From: an uncultured virus (IMG/VR IMGVR_UViG_3300023174_000105)
Lineage: Duplodnaviria; Heunggongvirae; Uroviricota; Caudoviricetes
IMG/VR virus record: IMGVR_UViG_3300023174_000105
DNA: 64,000 nucleotides
Strand: one strand, 5' to 3'
Shown here: one piece after another, positions 36,901-47,000 of the stretch
How the letters are laid out: the number at the start of each line of letters is the position of its first letter
Position numbering within the stretch: the first letter of the stretch is position 1
Position numbers and translations under genes: made by a program
Notes under the pieces: model-generated
What the model was told of the DNA's origin: nothing
What the model saw: only the letters and a program-made list of their open reading frames with translations
Database searches by the model: none

Positions 36901-37202
36901 GAGCTGTAAATAAAGCATTACTAGACAGTACTACAAGCATTCCAGAATCAGCAAGTTTTGTTGTTGGTAAATATTCCGCAGACACTATTAATAAAGCCGA
37001 CACTCAACAATCCTCAATACAACCTAAACAATTTGATACAGTTCACTTTATGGATGTGTTAACATTCCTGAAAAGTGGCGGATATATTTTCACAGACTCA
37101 ATTCACTCAACAGATTCTGGAACTATTAATAACCAGAATTACTTTGCCAGTAGTTATGTTACACCAGGATATGCCGGTACTAATGTAACCTTTGGTACTT
37201 AA
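33930..37202 (+). CDS. 1090-aa repetitive Thr/Ser/Asp-rich virion fibre or scaffold protein
   Basis: ~19-23 aa sub-repeats and four DATDDY(Y/L)G(A/T)A...DD(E/Q)Y motifs. Confidence 0.7.
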   Translation: MAIELNVVVTTPELETTVVVPDLTTSVKIPGVAPDTTGLVAGITTNSITTATTITGLSAAVSENAFTALVPGTVGSESTPALFVRGLEELNLSNPIYIKVQRPLVETIRIIETFTALLTYNRSFTELVSTSQIFSIRAGKPLQEVVTASLIEYKLVQKLVLNPAATQDIQFLQVTKRAVDQTVNTSTNTLVITKPLTEALTNSEYKQFNITKLFQDSVDATDDYLGAANLDDDQYAYFGKTIVDYLATSDLQIYVVGNRQQDTVITADQKYAAFTRIVTDTTQNAEDISAYFSNVTLQTVGVQETARLTTSLIKSDKFNFSDEFNILVNYRRSFTDQAQASDTSIFNISVVKSDAIANSDNFSFAAIFNRTITDTTSFTESNVFNVSKVLLDINRISETSSLNTGKYVADLSSFADTFTRQVNYLRSFEDAVDATDDYYGTATVGDDEYAQFNKVVADSTAFTETNIFATSKILADTNAINEQKSLNVTKPITDLSNTAERLQVVISKILNDSFAKTDITYLNAKIVKSNSFSSRDNLTTLILWDRNFSDQLTGVTDTKTVNISLIKRDIVNTSDVLNTTVSFNRNFTDVVTNTEYKYFNINTLILDIGNIAEAKAANFTRPLTDSITGSELLTKQVNYQRTLLDTVDATDDYYGAATVGDDEYFSFNKGLVETVLTTESTYFSNSNQLTDTATNSSTSYYTFTKPNSEQVVNSEQIRKQSNILLLDVNITSETKYFNASLVKLDTATTGEIFSRTADYTRSFSDISIIADTAKLTNQLRKQDTVTISSADVFSSLVNYVKNYLDTSNTSENLSKVIGKFLTDVGQTAETKYLQFQKYLTDSVSKNDTITTATNYLRSFQDMVDATDDYYGAATVGDDEYAQFNKVVVDSIITSETRYVYATKILSDQFTSVDSKAAAVAKTLADTLSITAVDYITRGPSKGLQDTTTINETKIFGIGKYLVDLTYTSENKYFNVAKYLADIASTSEQLTRAVNKALLDSTTSIPESASFVVGKYSADTINKADTQQSSIQPKQFDTVHFMDVLTFLKSGGYIFTDSIHSTDSGTINNQNYFASSYVTPGYAGTNVTFGT

Positions 37203-37221
37203 ATTTTAAAGGAAACTTATC

Positions 37222-37677
37222 ATGTTAGATGATTCATTAAAAACCAAAGGCCTGGTAGAAGTACTCTTACTGGATGCCGATGGTAATATCAAAGAACGCC
37301 GCGAATTTGCTAATTTAGTGGTTAATAGTGGTTTAGCATATATTGCTAGTCGTATGAAAGATGCTACTGCTACAACAATGAGCCATATGGCGGTTGGTAG
37401 TGGTAGTGTTGCTGCAGCTGCAGCCGATACAGCACTTGGCACACAATTAGCACGAGTCGCCCTAGACTCTACTAGTTTAACTACAACTACAGCAACAAAT
37501 GATGCTGTGCAGTATGTGGCTACTTTTGCAGCTGGTACAGGTACTGGTGCAATTACTGAAGCTGGTATTTTTAATGCTAGTAGTGCTGGCACAATGCTTT
37601 GCCGCACAGTGTTTTCTGTAATTAACAAAGGTGCACTTGATACACTAGTTATTACTTGGAAAGTTACTGTAGCTTGA
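37222..37677 (+). CDS. Fibre-attachment/baseplate-like protein
   Basis: NLVVNSG, HMAVGSG......DTAL..QL.R, GAITEAGIF motifs, as in tail-fibre N-terminal anchor domains. Confidence 0.65.
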   Translation: MLDDSLKTKGLVEVLLLDADGNIKERREFANLVVNSGLAYIASRMKDATATTMSHMAVGSGSVAAAAADTALGTQLARVALDSTSLTTTTATNDAVQYVATFAAGTGTGAITEAGIFNASSAGTMLCRTVFSVINKGALDTLVITWKVTVA

Positions 37678-37703
37678 TTTAATGCTAGGTTTAAGGGACT
37701 AAT

Positions 37704-38558
37704 ATGGCAACTATTGTCACACGAGATACTGGGGCGACTGCCGTAAACCGTCCCTTAACCAACACAGAGCTAGACAATAACTTTATTAATTTAAATACTG
37801 ATATTGCTACTCGATTGACTCAAAACCAGTCAATATCAATAACTGGAGATATTACTGGTACGGGTACAACTAGTATTACAGGAACATTAGCTACAGTAAA
37901 TAGCAATGTTGGAACATTTGGTAATGCTAGTAATATTCCAGTTATAACGGTTAATGCAAAAGGTTTGGTAACTGGTGTTACCCTAACCTCGATTTCAATA
38001 CCTTCCAGTTCAATTACTTTTACAGGTGATGTAACTGGTAGTGGCACAACAGGTAGTTCAACTACTCTTACTCTAGCAAATACAGCAGTTACTGCCGGCA
38101 GTTATACTAGTGCAAATATTACTGTAGACAGCAAGGGCAGAGTTACGGCTGCTAGCAATGGCAGTGGTGGCGGAGGCGGTGGAGTTAGTTTTAGTGCGTA
38201 TACTCGCACAACTTTTACAGCTACCGCAGGTCAAACAAGTTTTACAGCTACCTATACACCAGGATATTTAGAAGTTTACTTAAACGGGGTAATGTTAGGC
38301 ACAGCAGACTATACGGCTACAAGCGGAACTGCTGTAGTGTTAAGTGTTGCAGCCATTTCTGGTGATTTAGTAGAAATTATAGCTTTTACAGTAGGTGCTA
38401 CAACTGGTGGCGGTATTACTATAAATAGTCAAACTATTAGTACAAGCACTACGGTAGGTACAGGTTATAATGGTATTACATTCGGAACAATTTCAATAGC
38501 TCCTGGTGCAGTAGTTACTGTTAATCCAGGCTCAACATGGGCTATACGCTATGTATAA
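37704..38558 (+). CDS. Short fibre protein
   Basis: PLTNTELDNNF N-terminus; G.Y...ITV.(S/A)KG.VT repeats; ATAGQTSF...VYLNGV domain. Confidence 0.7.
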   Translation: MATIVTRDTGATAVNRPLTNTELDNNFINLNTDIATRLTQNQSISITGDITGTGTTSITGTLATVNSNVGTFGNASNIPVITVNAKGLVTGVTLTSISIPSSSITFTGDVTGSGTTGSSTTLTLANTAVTAGSYTSANITVDSKGRVTAASNGSGGGGGGVSFSAYTRTTFTATAGQTSFTATYTPGYLEVYLNGVMLGTADYTATSGTAVVLSVAAISGDLVEIIAFTVGATTGGGITINSQTISTSTTVGTGYNGITFGTISIAPGAVVTVNPGSTWAIRYV

Positions 38559-38614
38559 GCAAAACTTATGGAATATATACATTTTAGCCTGTACTTACTG
38601 CAGGAGTTATCCAA

Positions 38615-39340
38615 ATGACAACTAAAATTAATGCAACGGTTACTACTGGCATAACTATTAGTCCAGATAATACTGGTATTTTAGAACTTCAAACTGGTAA
38701 CATTAATGGTTTAACTATTAATGCTACACAAGCACTAGGTGTAGGCAGCACACCAAGTTATGGTACTTCAGGCCAAGTATTAATTTCAGGTGGTAGTGGC
38801 AGCGCACCAAGTTGGGGTACTGCATTATCGCTGAGTAGTCTTACCGTGACCGGTAACTTGACCGTAAACGGTACTACAACCACAATTAATACTACTACGC
38901 TAGACGTAACAGACACCAACATTACTGTAGCCAAAGGTGCTGCTAATGCAGCAGCAGCTAACGGTGCTGGATTAACTGTAGAAGGTGCTGGCGCTACTTT
39001 TACATACAGCAATAGTGATGATCGCTGGAACTTAAACAAAAACTTAAATGTTAGCACAGTATACGGTGCACTTAGTGGTACGGCCAGTACTGCAACCGCA
39101 TTAGCTACGGCACGTACTATTTCACTAACCGGCGATGTAACTTGGACCAGTGGCAATTTTGACGGCACTGCAAATATTAGTGCTGCAGCTACACTGGCAA
39201 ATACTGCAGTTACTCCGGGTAGTTATACTAGCGCAAATATTACTGTAGACAGCAAGGGCAGAGTTACAGCTGCAAGTAATGGAGCTGGTGGCGTTACAAC
39301 TGGAAAAGCCATTGCAATGGCAATGATTTTTGGATTTTAA
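38615..39340 (+). CDS. Short fibre protein
   Basis: GNLTVNGTTTTINTT.L.V.D, LATARTI.L.GDV, ITVDSKGRVTAASNG and a terminal GKAIAMAMIFG. Confidence 0.7.
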   Translation: MTTKINATVTTGITISPDNTGILELQTGNINGLTINATQALGVGSTPSYGTSGQVLISGGSGSAPSWGTALSLSSLTVTGNLTVNGTTTTINTTTLDVTDTNITVAKGAANAAAANGAGLTVEGAGATFTYSNSDDRWNLNKNLNVSTVYGALSGTASTATALATARTISLTGDVTWTSGNFDGTANISAAATLANTAVTPGSYTSANITVDSKGRVTAASNGAGGVTTGKAIAMAMIFGF

Positions 39341-39349
39341 GGAACAAAA

Positions 39350-39724
39350 ATGGCAAACCCAAATATAGTCGGCGTAACGTCAATTTACGGTACTACAGTT
39401 TATCTTATTCCAAGTAGTGCTAATACTGCTACTACTTGGACTGCACTGACGCCCGCCACCAATGTAATTAATAAAATTGATAGTATTACAGCTACTAACG
39501 TTACTAGTAGTGCTGTAACTGTAACTGTATCAATTAACAGTGCAGTTAGCGGTGGTGGTACTGCTTACAGATTATGCTATAATATTGCAGTGCCACCCAA
39601 TGCTTCGCTAATTATAGTAGATAAAACCACCGCTTTTTATGTTAGCGAATCACAAAGTGTAGTAGTTACCAGTAATGTGGCTAATGGGCTAGAATTTGTA
39701 GCTACTTACGAAGCCATTGCTTAA
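39350..39724 (+). CDS. Small beta-rich virion-associated protein
   Basis: MANPNIV...IYG...VP.NASL; AGGA SD; operon context. Confidence 0.65.
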   Translation: MANPNIVGVTSIYGTTVYLIPSSANTATTWTALTPATNVINKIDSITATNVTSSAVTVTVSINSAVSGGGTAYRLCYNIAVPPNASLIIVDKTTAFYVSESQSVVVTSNVANGLEFVATYEAIA

Positions 39725-39735
39725 TAGGGGGCATT

Positions 39736-40635
39736 ATGTCCCTTAAAAATATAGGCAACTTACAGGCCTTAGGTACTACTGGTTTAAGTTATCCAGTTAG
39801 CACTGTAGAATATTTGGTAGTTGCTGGTGGCGGTAATGGCGGTGCAGGTCCTGGTGGCATTCTTGGTGGCGGTGGCGGTGCTGGAGGGTTATTAACCGGA
39901 ACTGGTTATCCTGTAAGCGTTGGTATTACTTATGTAATAACAGTAGGTGCTGGTAATGCTGGTAATACTTATCCTGGTAGAGGTGGAACATCATCATTTG
40001 ATAATATATCTACAGTTGGTGGAGGCAATGCTGCTACTGGTGGTGCAATTTATGGTAATGGAACTGGTAATGGTGGAAGTGGTTGCGGTGGTTATTACGA
40101 TACTACTGATTATGGTCGTGGAACTCCCGGACAAGGAAATAATGGTGCCCCCGGTAGCGGCACTGGTGCAGGCGGAACTTATTATGTAGGTGGTGGAGGC
40201 GGTGGTGCCGGCAGTGTTGGCGAAACTGGAATACACACTACTGGACGTCCAGGAGCAGGTGGAACTGGTATTATTTCTACAATTACTGGTTTACCTATAA
40301 TGTATGCCGGTGGTGGAGGTGGAGGTATTTATTATCCTCCAAATAATAGTCAACCAGCTTTAGGTGGTGGAGGTGTAGGAGGCAATGGTAATGGTACAAC
40401 AAATGCTGGTGCCGCTATTCGAGCAACTGACGGTTTGGCTAATACTGGTAGCGGTGGCGGTGGAACCTATAATGTGTATACTCCAAATGCTGGTGCAGGT
40501 GGTAGTGGCATTGTAGTTATTCGTTACCCTAGCTATCTAGCCCCAGCTACTCAAACCACTGGTAGCCCACAAACTTACATAGCTGGTGCATGGCGGGTGT
40601 ATGTATTTACCAGCAGTGGTACAATAAAATTTTAG
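39736..40635 (+). CDS. Glycine-rich domain protein
   Basis: VEYLVVAGGG...GGGGAGGLL...GGSGIVVIRYP module. Confidence 0.75.
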   Translation: MSLKNIGNLQALGTTGLSYPVSTVEYLVVAGGGNGGAGPGGILGGGGGAGGLLTGTGYPVSVGITYVITVGAGNAGNTYPGRGGTSSFDNISTVGGGNAATGGAIYGNGTGNGGSGCGGYYDTTDYGRGTPGQGNNGAPGSGTGAGGTYYVGGGGGGAGSVGETGIHTTGRPGAGGTGIISTITGLPIMYAGGGGGGIYYPPNNSQPALGGGGVGGNGNGTTNAGAAIRATDGLANTGSGGGGTYNVYTPNAGAGGSGIVVIRYPSYLAPATQTTGSPQTYIAGAWRVYVFTSSGTIKF

Positions 40636-40644
40636 GATAAGTAA

Positions 40645-42768
40645 ATGGCACAGGGAATTTTTACACCAAAGCAGCATATACAAGGCCTACAACAAAAGTC
40701 ATGGAATACTGCATTTGGCAGTACCTATGCTGCTTATTTAAAGGGTGATCAAAGCGGTCAATATTTAACAGGCCCAACAACTAGTGTATTAAATTTTAGC
40801 ACTGGAAATTTTACGCTTGAATTTTGGATACATTTATACGCAGTTCCTAGTGGTCTTGCACTTATATTTTCTGCATCAAATGCTGGTGCTGATTTTCAAG
40901 TTGGATATAGTACAGGCAATAATGTATACTGGCATAATACCGGAATTCAAATAACAAGTGCAAGTTCTTCACTTGCATTAGGACGTTGGGTTCATATTGC
41001 ATTAATACGATCTGGATCAACTGTAGGATTGTTTTGTAACGGCGTTAGAGTTGGATCAACAAGTAATTCTGCTGCAATAAATTTAACTAATTTTAATATT
41101 GGTTCCTATTGGGTATCTCCAGTATCTTATATGGTTAATGGTCTAGTTTCAAACCTTAGAATTACCAACACTGCTGTTTATGATCCTACTCAAACTAGTA
41201 TTGGACTTCCTACAAGTGTATTAACCAAAATTTCTGGCACTCAACTACTTACCTTGCAAAATTCTACACTTGTGGACAACAGCGATAATGCATTGAGCAT
41301 TACTAATAATGGTTCTATAGGTATTCAAGCAGTTAGTCCATTTGGTATACAACTTCAAACTCCAACAGTAGAATATTTAGTAGTTGCAGGTGGAGGTGGT
41401 GGAGATGCTGGTGGAGGTGGTGCTGGCGGTTTATTACAAGGTCATTTACCAATTGTTACAGGTTCTAGTATTCCTATAACAATTGGTGGTGGTGGCAGTG
41501 GGGGCTATCCAGGTTCAAGTGGTTCAAATTCTGTTTTTAGTTCTATTATTGCTATAGGTGGTGGAAAAGGCAGTATGGGAATTAATAATTATAACTCTGA
41601 CGTATCTGGTGGTGCTTATTCTGGTGGCAGTGGTGGTGGTGCTTTTCAAAATTCAATTGCTGGAAATGGAACACTTGGACAAGGAAATAATGGGGCTAAT
41701 TCAGTTAATTACGCAGGATCTTGTGCAGGCGGTGGTGGCGGTGCTGGAAGTAGTGCATATTATGCAACTGTAAATTATTACGGTGGTAATGGTGGTTCGG
41801 GAATAGCAAGTGCAATTACTGGAACAGTAACCACATATGCTGGTGGCGGTGCTGGTGGAGGTTATTATAGTAATGCTAGTGGTGGTGTAGGTGGTGGTGG
41901 TAATGTTATAACAGCTGGGGCTATTAACACAGGTGGTGGTGGTGGTGGATATACTGGTTCAACAAGTGGAGCAGCAGGCGGTAGTGGCATTGTTGTTATA
42001 AGTTATCCAGATGTTTACGCAGCTGCAACTGTTGTAACTGGTAGTCCTATAATTAGCACTAGTGGATCTGGCAGTTTAACAGGAAATTCACTAACTGCAT
42101 CAACTGGCAGATTTAATTACGCAGGACAAACACCATTTTCGTTTGGAACTGGCGATTTTACTATTGAATTTTGGGCATATTTTACAAATACTTCTGCAGC
42201 AGCAAATTATTTAATTGATTTTAGGGGATCAAGTGCGCCTACTGGATCTGTATTTGGTATATACCAAAACAGTAGTGGATTGCGATATTTTTCTAGTTCT
42301 GTTGGTGATTATGGTTTTATAGGGGTACCGGCTCAAAATACGTGGTATAGTATTGCCGCTACTAGAGTTAGCGGCACAGTTAGATTATTTGTCAATGGTG
42401 ATTTAAAAACCACTTTTATAGATACATACAGTTATTCTGTAGGAAATACTGGCCCTTCCATAATGAGTTCAAGTTATTATAATGATTATGGATTTAATGG
42501 ATATGTTTCTAATTTTAGAATCATAAAAGGAACAGGACTATATACAGCATCTTATACACCCTCTACTGTGCCATTAACAGCTGTATCAGGAACTTCACTA
42601 TTATTAAACACAGTTTCTGGTGCTTATTTAACAGATAGTTCCATTAATGCTCATACTCCTAGTGTAACTAATACAATGGCATGGAACCAAGCCAGCCCAT
42701 TTGCAACCGGTTTAGGATACAAAAATCGGGTGTATACTTGGACTCAAAATGGCACAGTAACCTTCTAA
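40645..42768 (+). CDS. LamG/concanavalin-like + glycine-rich + LamG protein
   Basis: Two F.TG(N/D)FT.EFW...W..IA..R.....LF.NG...G.VSN.RI domains flank a Gly-rich module. Confidence 0.75.
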   Translation: MAQGIFTPKQHIQGLQQKSWNTAFGSTYAAYLKGDQSGQYLTGPTTSVLNFSTGNFTLEFWIHLYAVPSGLALIFSASNAGADFQVGYSTGNNVYWHNTGIQITSASSSLALGRWVHIALIRSGSTVGLFCNGVRVGSTSNSAAINLTNFNIGSYWVSPVSYMVNGLVSNLRITNTAVYDPTQTSIGLPTSVLTKISGTQLLTLQNSTLVDNSDNALSITNNGSIGIQAVSPFGIQLQTPTVEYLVVAGGGGGDAGGGGAGGLLQGHLPIVTGSSIPITIGGGGSGGYPGSSGSNSVFSSIIAIGGGKGSMGINNYNSDVSGGAYSGGSGGGAFQNSIAGNGTLGQGNNGANSVNYAGSCAGGGGGAGSSAYYATVNYYGGNGGSGIASAITGTVTTYAGGGAGGGYYSNASGGVGGGGNVITAGAINTGGGGGGYTGSTSGAAGGSGIVVISYPDVYAAATVVTGSPIISTSGSGSLTGNSLTASTGRFNYAGQTPFSFGTGDFTIEFWAYFTNTSAAANYLIDFRGSSAPTGSVFGIYQNSSGLRYFSSSVGDYGFIGVPAQNTWYSIAATRVSGTVRLFVNGDLKTTFIDTYSYSVGNTGPSIMSSSYYNDYGFNGYVSNFRIIKGTGLYTASYTPSTVPLTAVSGTSLLLNTVSGAYLTDSSINAHTPSVTNTMAWNQASPFATGLGYKNRVYTWTQNGTVTF

Positions 42769-42778
42769 GGAATTAAAG

Positions 42779-43669
42779 ATGAGTCAATATTTAGGAGGTT
42801 TTTTAGCCACTAACTTTAATCCACTACGGGATCAAAAAACTAACACGGTTGAATACCTTGTGGTAGCTGGTGGAGGCGGTGGTGCTGGTGGATTTAATTC
42901 AACAGTAATTGGCAATGGTGGCGGTGGAGCTGGCGGATTATTAACAGCTACAAACTATGCTATTACTACAGGCTTAACTATTACAGTTACGGTAGGTAGT
43001 GGTGGTGCAGGAGGTTCACCTGCTGATAATACAACCAGCAAAGGCGTTCAAGGCAGTCCTTCAGTATTTGGTGCAATTATTTCTACTGGTGGTGGATACG
43101 GTGCTGGCAGCGGTGGTCAAGGCGGTCCCGGTGGCAGTGGCGGTGGAAATGGAGGTAATAATTATTGGGGCGTAGATAATGGTGGACCAGCAGTTGCTGG
43201 CCAAGGAAACAAAGGCGGATCTAATTACTTCGGCCAAGGTAGTGGCGGTGGTGGAGCAGGCAGTGTTGGATTACCACCTCAAATGAATAATGGTTCTTCA
43301 TTTGGCGGTACGGGGTTATGTTCTAATATAACTGGTCAACGTCAATTTTACGCTGGCGGCGGTGGTGGCGGAAATTACGTAAGTGGTGCTGATTACGGTA
43401 TTTCATATGGCGGTGCTGGTGGTGGTGGTAATGGAAGTTACTATAGTAACGGATATATTTTGCCAACTAATGGTGCTGTTAACACAGGTGGTGGTGGTGG
43501 TGGTGCTTCATTTAATAACCCTGGTGCTAATGGTGGTAGCGGCATAGTTATTATTCGTTATCCAGAAAATTTAGCACCCCCGGTTAGCACAACAGGCACT
43601 CCACAAGTTTTATACAATTCAGGTTATCAGATTTATGTCTGGATTAGTTCTGGCTCTATAACCTTTTAA
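42779..43669 (+). CDS. Glycine-rich domain protein
   Basis: Paralogue of 39736..40635. Confidence 0.75.
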   Translation: MSQYLGGFLATNFNPLRDQKTNTVEYLVVAGGGGGAGGFNSTVIGNGGGGAGGLLTATNYAITTGLTITVTVGSGGAGGSPADNTTSKGVQGSPSVFGAIISTGGGYGAGSGGQGGPGGSGGGNGGNNYWGVDNGGPAVAGQGNKGGSNYFGQGSGGGGAGSVGLPPQMNNGSSFGGTGLCSNITGQRQFYAGGGGGGNYVSGADYGISYGGAGGGGNGSYYSNGYILPTNGAVNTGGGGGGASFNNPGANGGSGIVIIRYPENLAPPVSTTGTPQVLYNSGYQIYVWISSGSITF

Positions 43670-43679
43670 GGAGAATAAG

Positions 43680-44072
43680 ATGGCACATTTTGCAAAAGTT
43701 GAAGATGGTATTGTTACACAAGTAATTGTAATTGATCAAGAAACACTTAATTTGGGTTATTGGGGCGATCCTAAACAGTGGGTTCAAACCAGTTATAATA
43801 CTCAAGGGGGTAAACATACACAGGGTGGCACACCCTTACGTAAAAATTATGCAGGCATTGGTTATACTTATGATAGTGTGCGCGATGCATTTATTCCACC
43901 TAAACCTTATGCAAGTTGGGTATTAGACGAAGAAACTTGCTTGTGGAATGCACCAATACAACAACCCACAGATGGTAAGCTGTATCAGTGGGATGAAGCA
44001 ACAACTAGTTGGAAAGAATTTGCCTTACCTATGCCACCTGTTGAACCTATAGCAACACCTGCCCAGGAGTAA
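43680..44072 (+). CDS. Phage protein typically found beside Gly-rich fibre genes (chaperone-like)
   Basis: MAHFAK...V..VIV...W.QTSYN...RKNYAGIGYTYD...DAFIPPKP..SW.LDE; AGGAG SD. Confidence 0.7.
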   Translation: MAHFAKVEDGIVTQVIVIDQETLNLGYWGDPKQWVQTSYNTQGGKHTQGGTPLRKNYAGIGYTYDSVRDAFIPPKPYASWVLDEETCLWNAPIQQPTDGKLYQWDEATTSWKEFALPMPPVEPIATPAQE

Positions 44073-47000
44073 ATGATGCCTAAATACAGTGGAATCTGGA
44101 CCCTTGGTCAGGCTGCTCAAGCAATTAAAAATCAAGACTGGGCCGGCGTGCCACCCACTGTTGTAGAATACTTGGTAGTTGCTGGTGGTGGTAGTAGTGG
44201 TGGATCTAGTGGCAGTGGATCTGCGTGTGGTGGCGGTGGTGCGGGTGGATTACTTCAAGGATTTGCAGGAATTCAACCTAATACGTTATATTATATTACT
44301 GTAGGAGCTGGTGGTAATGGACCAACTCCTTCAAGTTATTATCAAGTTGGTAATAATGGTAGTAATTCTGTATTTAATGCTGCAAGTAGTGATGCTAGTA
44401 CTGGACAAATTATTGCTATAGGTGGTGGTGGTGGTGGTACAGGTGCTGGTGGTTATCCAGGAAGTAACGGCGGATCTGGTGGTGGTGGTGGATATGTAAA
44501 TACTTCTACTGGCGGAGCTGGAATCGCAGGCCAAGGTAATGCTGGCGCAACCGGACCAGTTGGTGGTGGTGGCGGACATGCAGGTGGTGGCGGTGGAGCG
44601 GGTACAATAGGTTTTATTGGCATTGAAAATAATACAGGCGGCAAAGGTGGGGATGGAATTGCTAGTGATATTATAGGAATAAGAACTACATATGCTGGTG
44701 GTGGTGGTGGAGCGGGATACTATGGTATTGGTTTAGGTGGTGCTGGCGGTGGCGGTGCCGGAGCAAAAAATCCTTATGGTACTTTAGGAATTGCTGGTAC
44801 TCCAAATACTGGCGGTGGTGGTGGTGGCTCTTTGACTGCTAGCGGATCCAATGGTGGTTCGGGCATAGTAGTCATCCGTTATCCAGGCAACACACAGTAC
44901 TTTACCGGCGGCACCCTAAACTACAGCAACGGACATATTGTACACACTTTTTATAGTAGTGGTGTATTAGCGCCAACGGCACCAAGATTATTTGCCACAC
45001 CAGATTATCAAATTCAACGCTCAATAAGATTTAATAGCCCAGACGGTACTATTGTAGATCGTGCAGGTGGCGCTGGTGGAAATCGCCAAACTTGGACTTG
45101 GAGCGGTTGGGTAAAACGCTCAAAACTTAACACGGGCAATAACAATGTTCCTTTTGTTTTTGGTGCTAGTGATAGAGTAAGCGGATCAGCATACTTACAG
45201 TTTGGACGATATGGATCTGACAGTGATATAGATTGTTTAAATTTTAATGAACAATCGGGTGGTGCTTATAATATAACTACTGAAGCCAAGTTTAGGGATA
45301 TGTCTGCGTGGTATCACATAGTTTGTGCATACAATACCACACAATCTGTAGCTAGTGATAGAGTAAAAATTTATGTAAATGGTGTTCTACAAACAATTAC
45401 TAGTGGATCAACATATCCACCACAAAATACCAATGGATATGTTAACTATTCTGCATTTCCCGACTTAATAGGTGCATACACTACTAGTGATCTCAACATC
45501 ACTCTCAATGGCTACATGACTGAGATAAACTTTGTCGATGGTCAACAACTAACACCCGCGTCATTTGGATATACAGAGCCTAGCACCGGAGTTTGGACTC
45601 CACTACAATATACTGGTAGTTATGGTACTAGAGGATACTATGTAAACTTTGCTGACAATTCAAATACCACTGCTGCTACACTAGGCAAAGACTTGTCTGG
45701 TAATGCAAATAATTTTACACCAACTAACTTTAGTGTCACGGCTGGTGTAGGCAATGATAGTTTTGTAGACTCACCAACAAATTATGGTACAGACACTGGT
45801 GCTGGTGGTGAGGTGCGTGGTAATTATTGTACTTGGAGTCCATTAGCCAATTTAGGTTTAACTTTAACAAATGGAAATTTAAGTAATTCCTATACAACCG
45901 CTTCGTGGACAGGAACAACTGGCACGATGGCAATGGATAGTGGCACTTGGTACTTTGAATATACAGTTTCTGCAACGGCAACATATACACAGATTGGCGT
46001 AATAGGAACTGGCAGACCTTTACCAACTGGTGGCACTCAACTTGCAAATGGTACTGCTTACGCATGGTTATATCAAACTTATGGTCAACTAGCAAATAAC
46101 TCGACATATATTACATCTGGAATTTCCTCTGCTACAACCAGCGATATTATTATGGTTGCTGTAGATGTTTCTAATGGAAAAATATGGTTTGGCAAAAATG
46201 GCACATGGTTTAATAGCGGTTCTCCATCTACAGGCGCAAATGCGGCATATACAAATTTATCAGGGTCAATGATTCCTGCAATTTATTCGTATGGAACTGA
46301 ATCTGGCAACATTAACTTTGGCCAACGTGCCTTTTCCTATACTGCACCCAGTGGATACAAAGCACTGTGCACACAAAACTTGCCGGAGTCTGGGGCAGGT
46401 AAGTTGCCAGGCAAATATTTTGGTGTTGCCAATTACTCAGCTGATGGTGGTAATCAGCGGCCAATTGTTACCGGTGTTGATATGACTACTTATGGTGGTC
46501 TTGCCTGGTTTAAATCACGAAATGTTGCTGCTATTAGTTACTTAATAGACACTGTTCGTGGGTTGACAAAGTATTCTATCCCAAATAACAATACTGCTGA
46601 AGATACTTATGATAGCGGTTCTGTTGTAAAACCATATGGTTTAGATATTAATAGTGGCTCGGTTGCGGTAAACCAACCTAGCCAAGGTTATAATTATGTT
46701 ATGTGGAACTGGGCAGCTGGTGGTACTGCAGTAACTAATACTGCTGGTTCAATTACTAGTAGTGTAAGTGCTAATTCCGCTGCTGGATTTAGTATTGTAA
46801 CTTATACTGGTGGGGCTGCTAATGCTACAGTGGGACATGGGTTAGGTAATGCGCCAAAAATGGTGATTTACAAAGCAAGAAGCACAACAGGAGGTTGGTT
46901 TACTTATCACACATCTGTTGGGCCAACAAAAGAACTTGAATTGAATTCAAGTCATGCTGAGTATCCAATTGATTTATGGCAAAACACAAATCCAAGTTCA

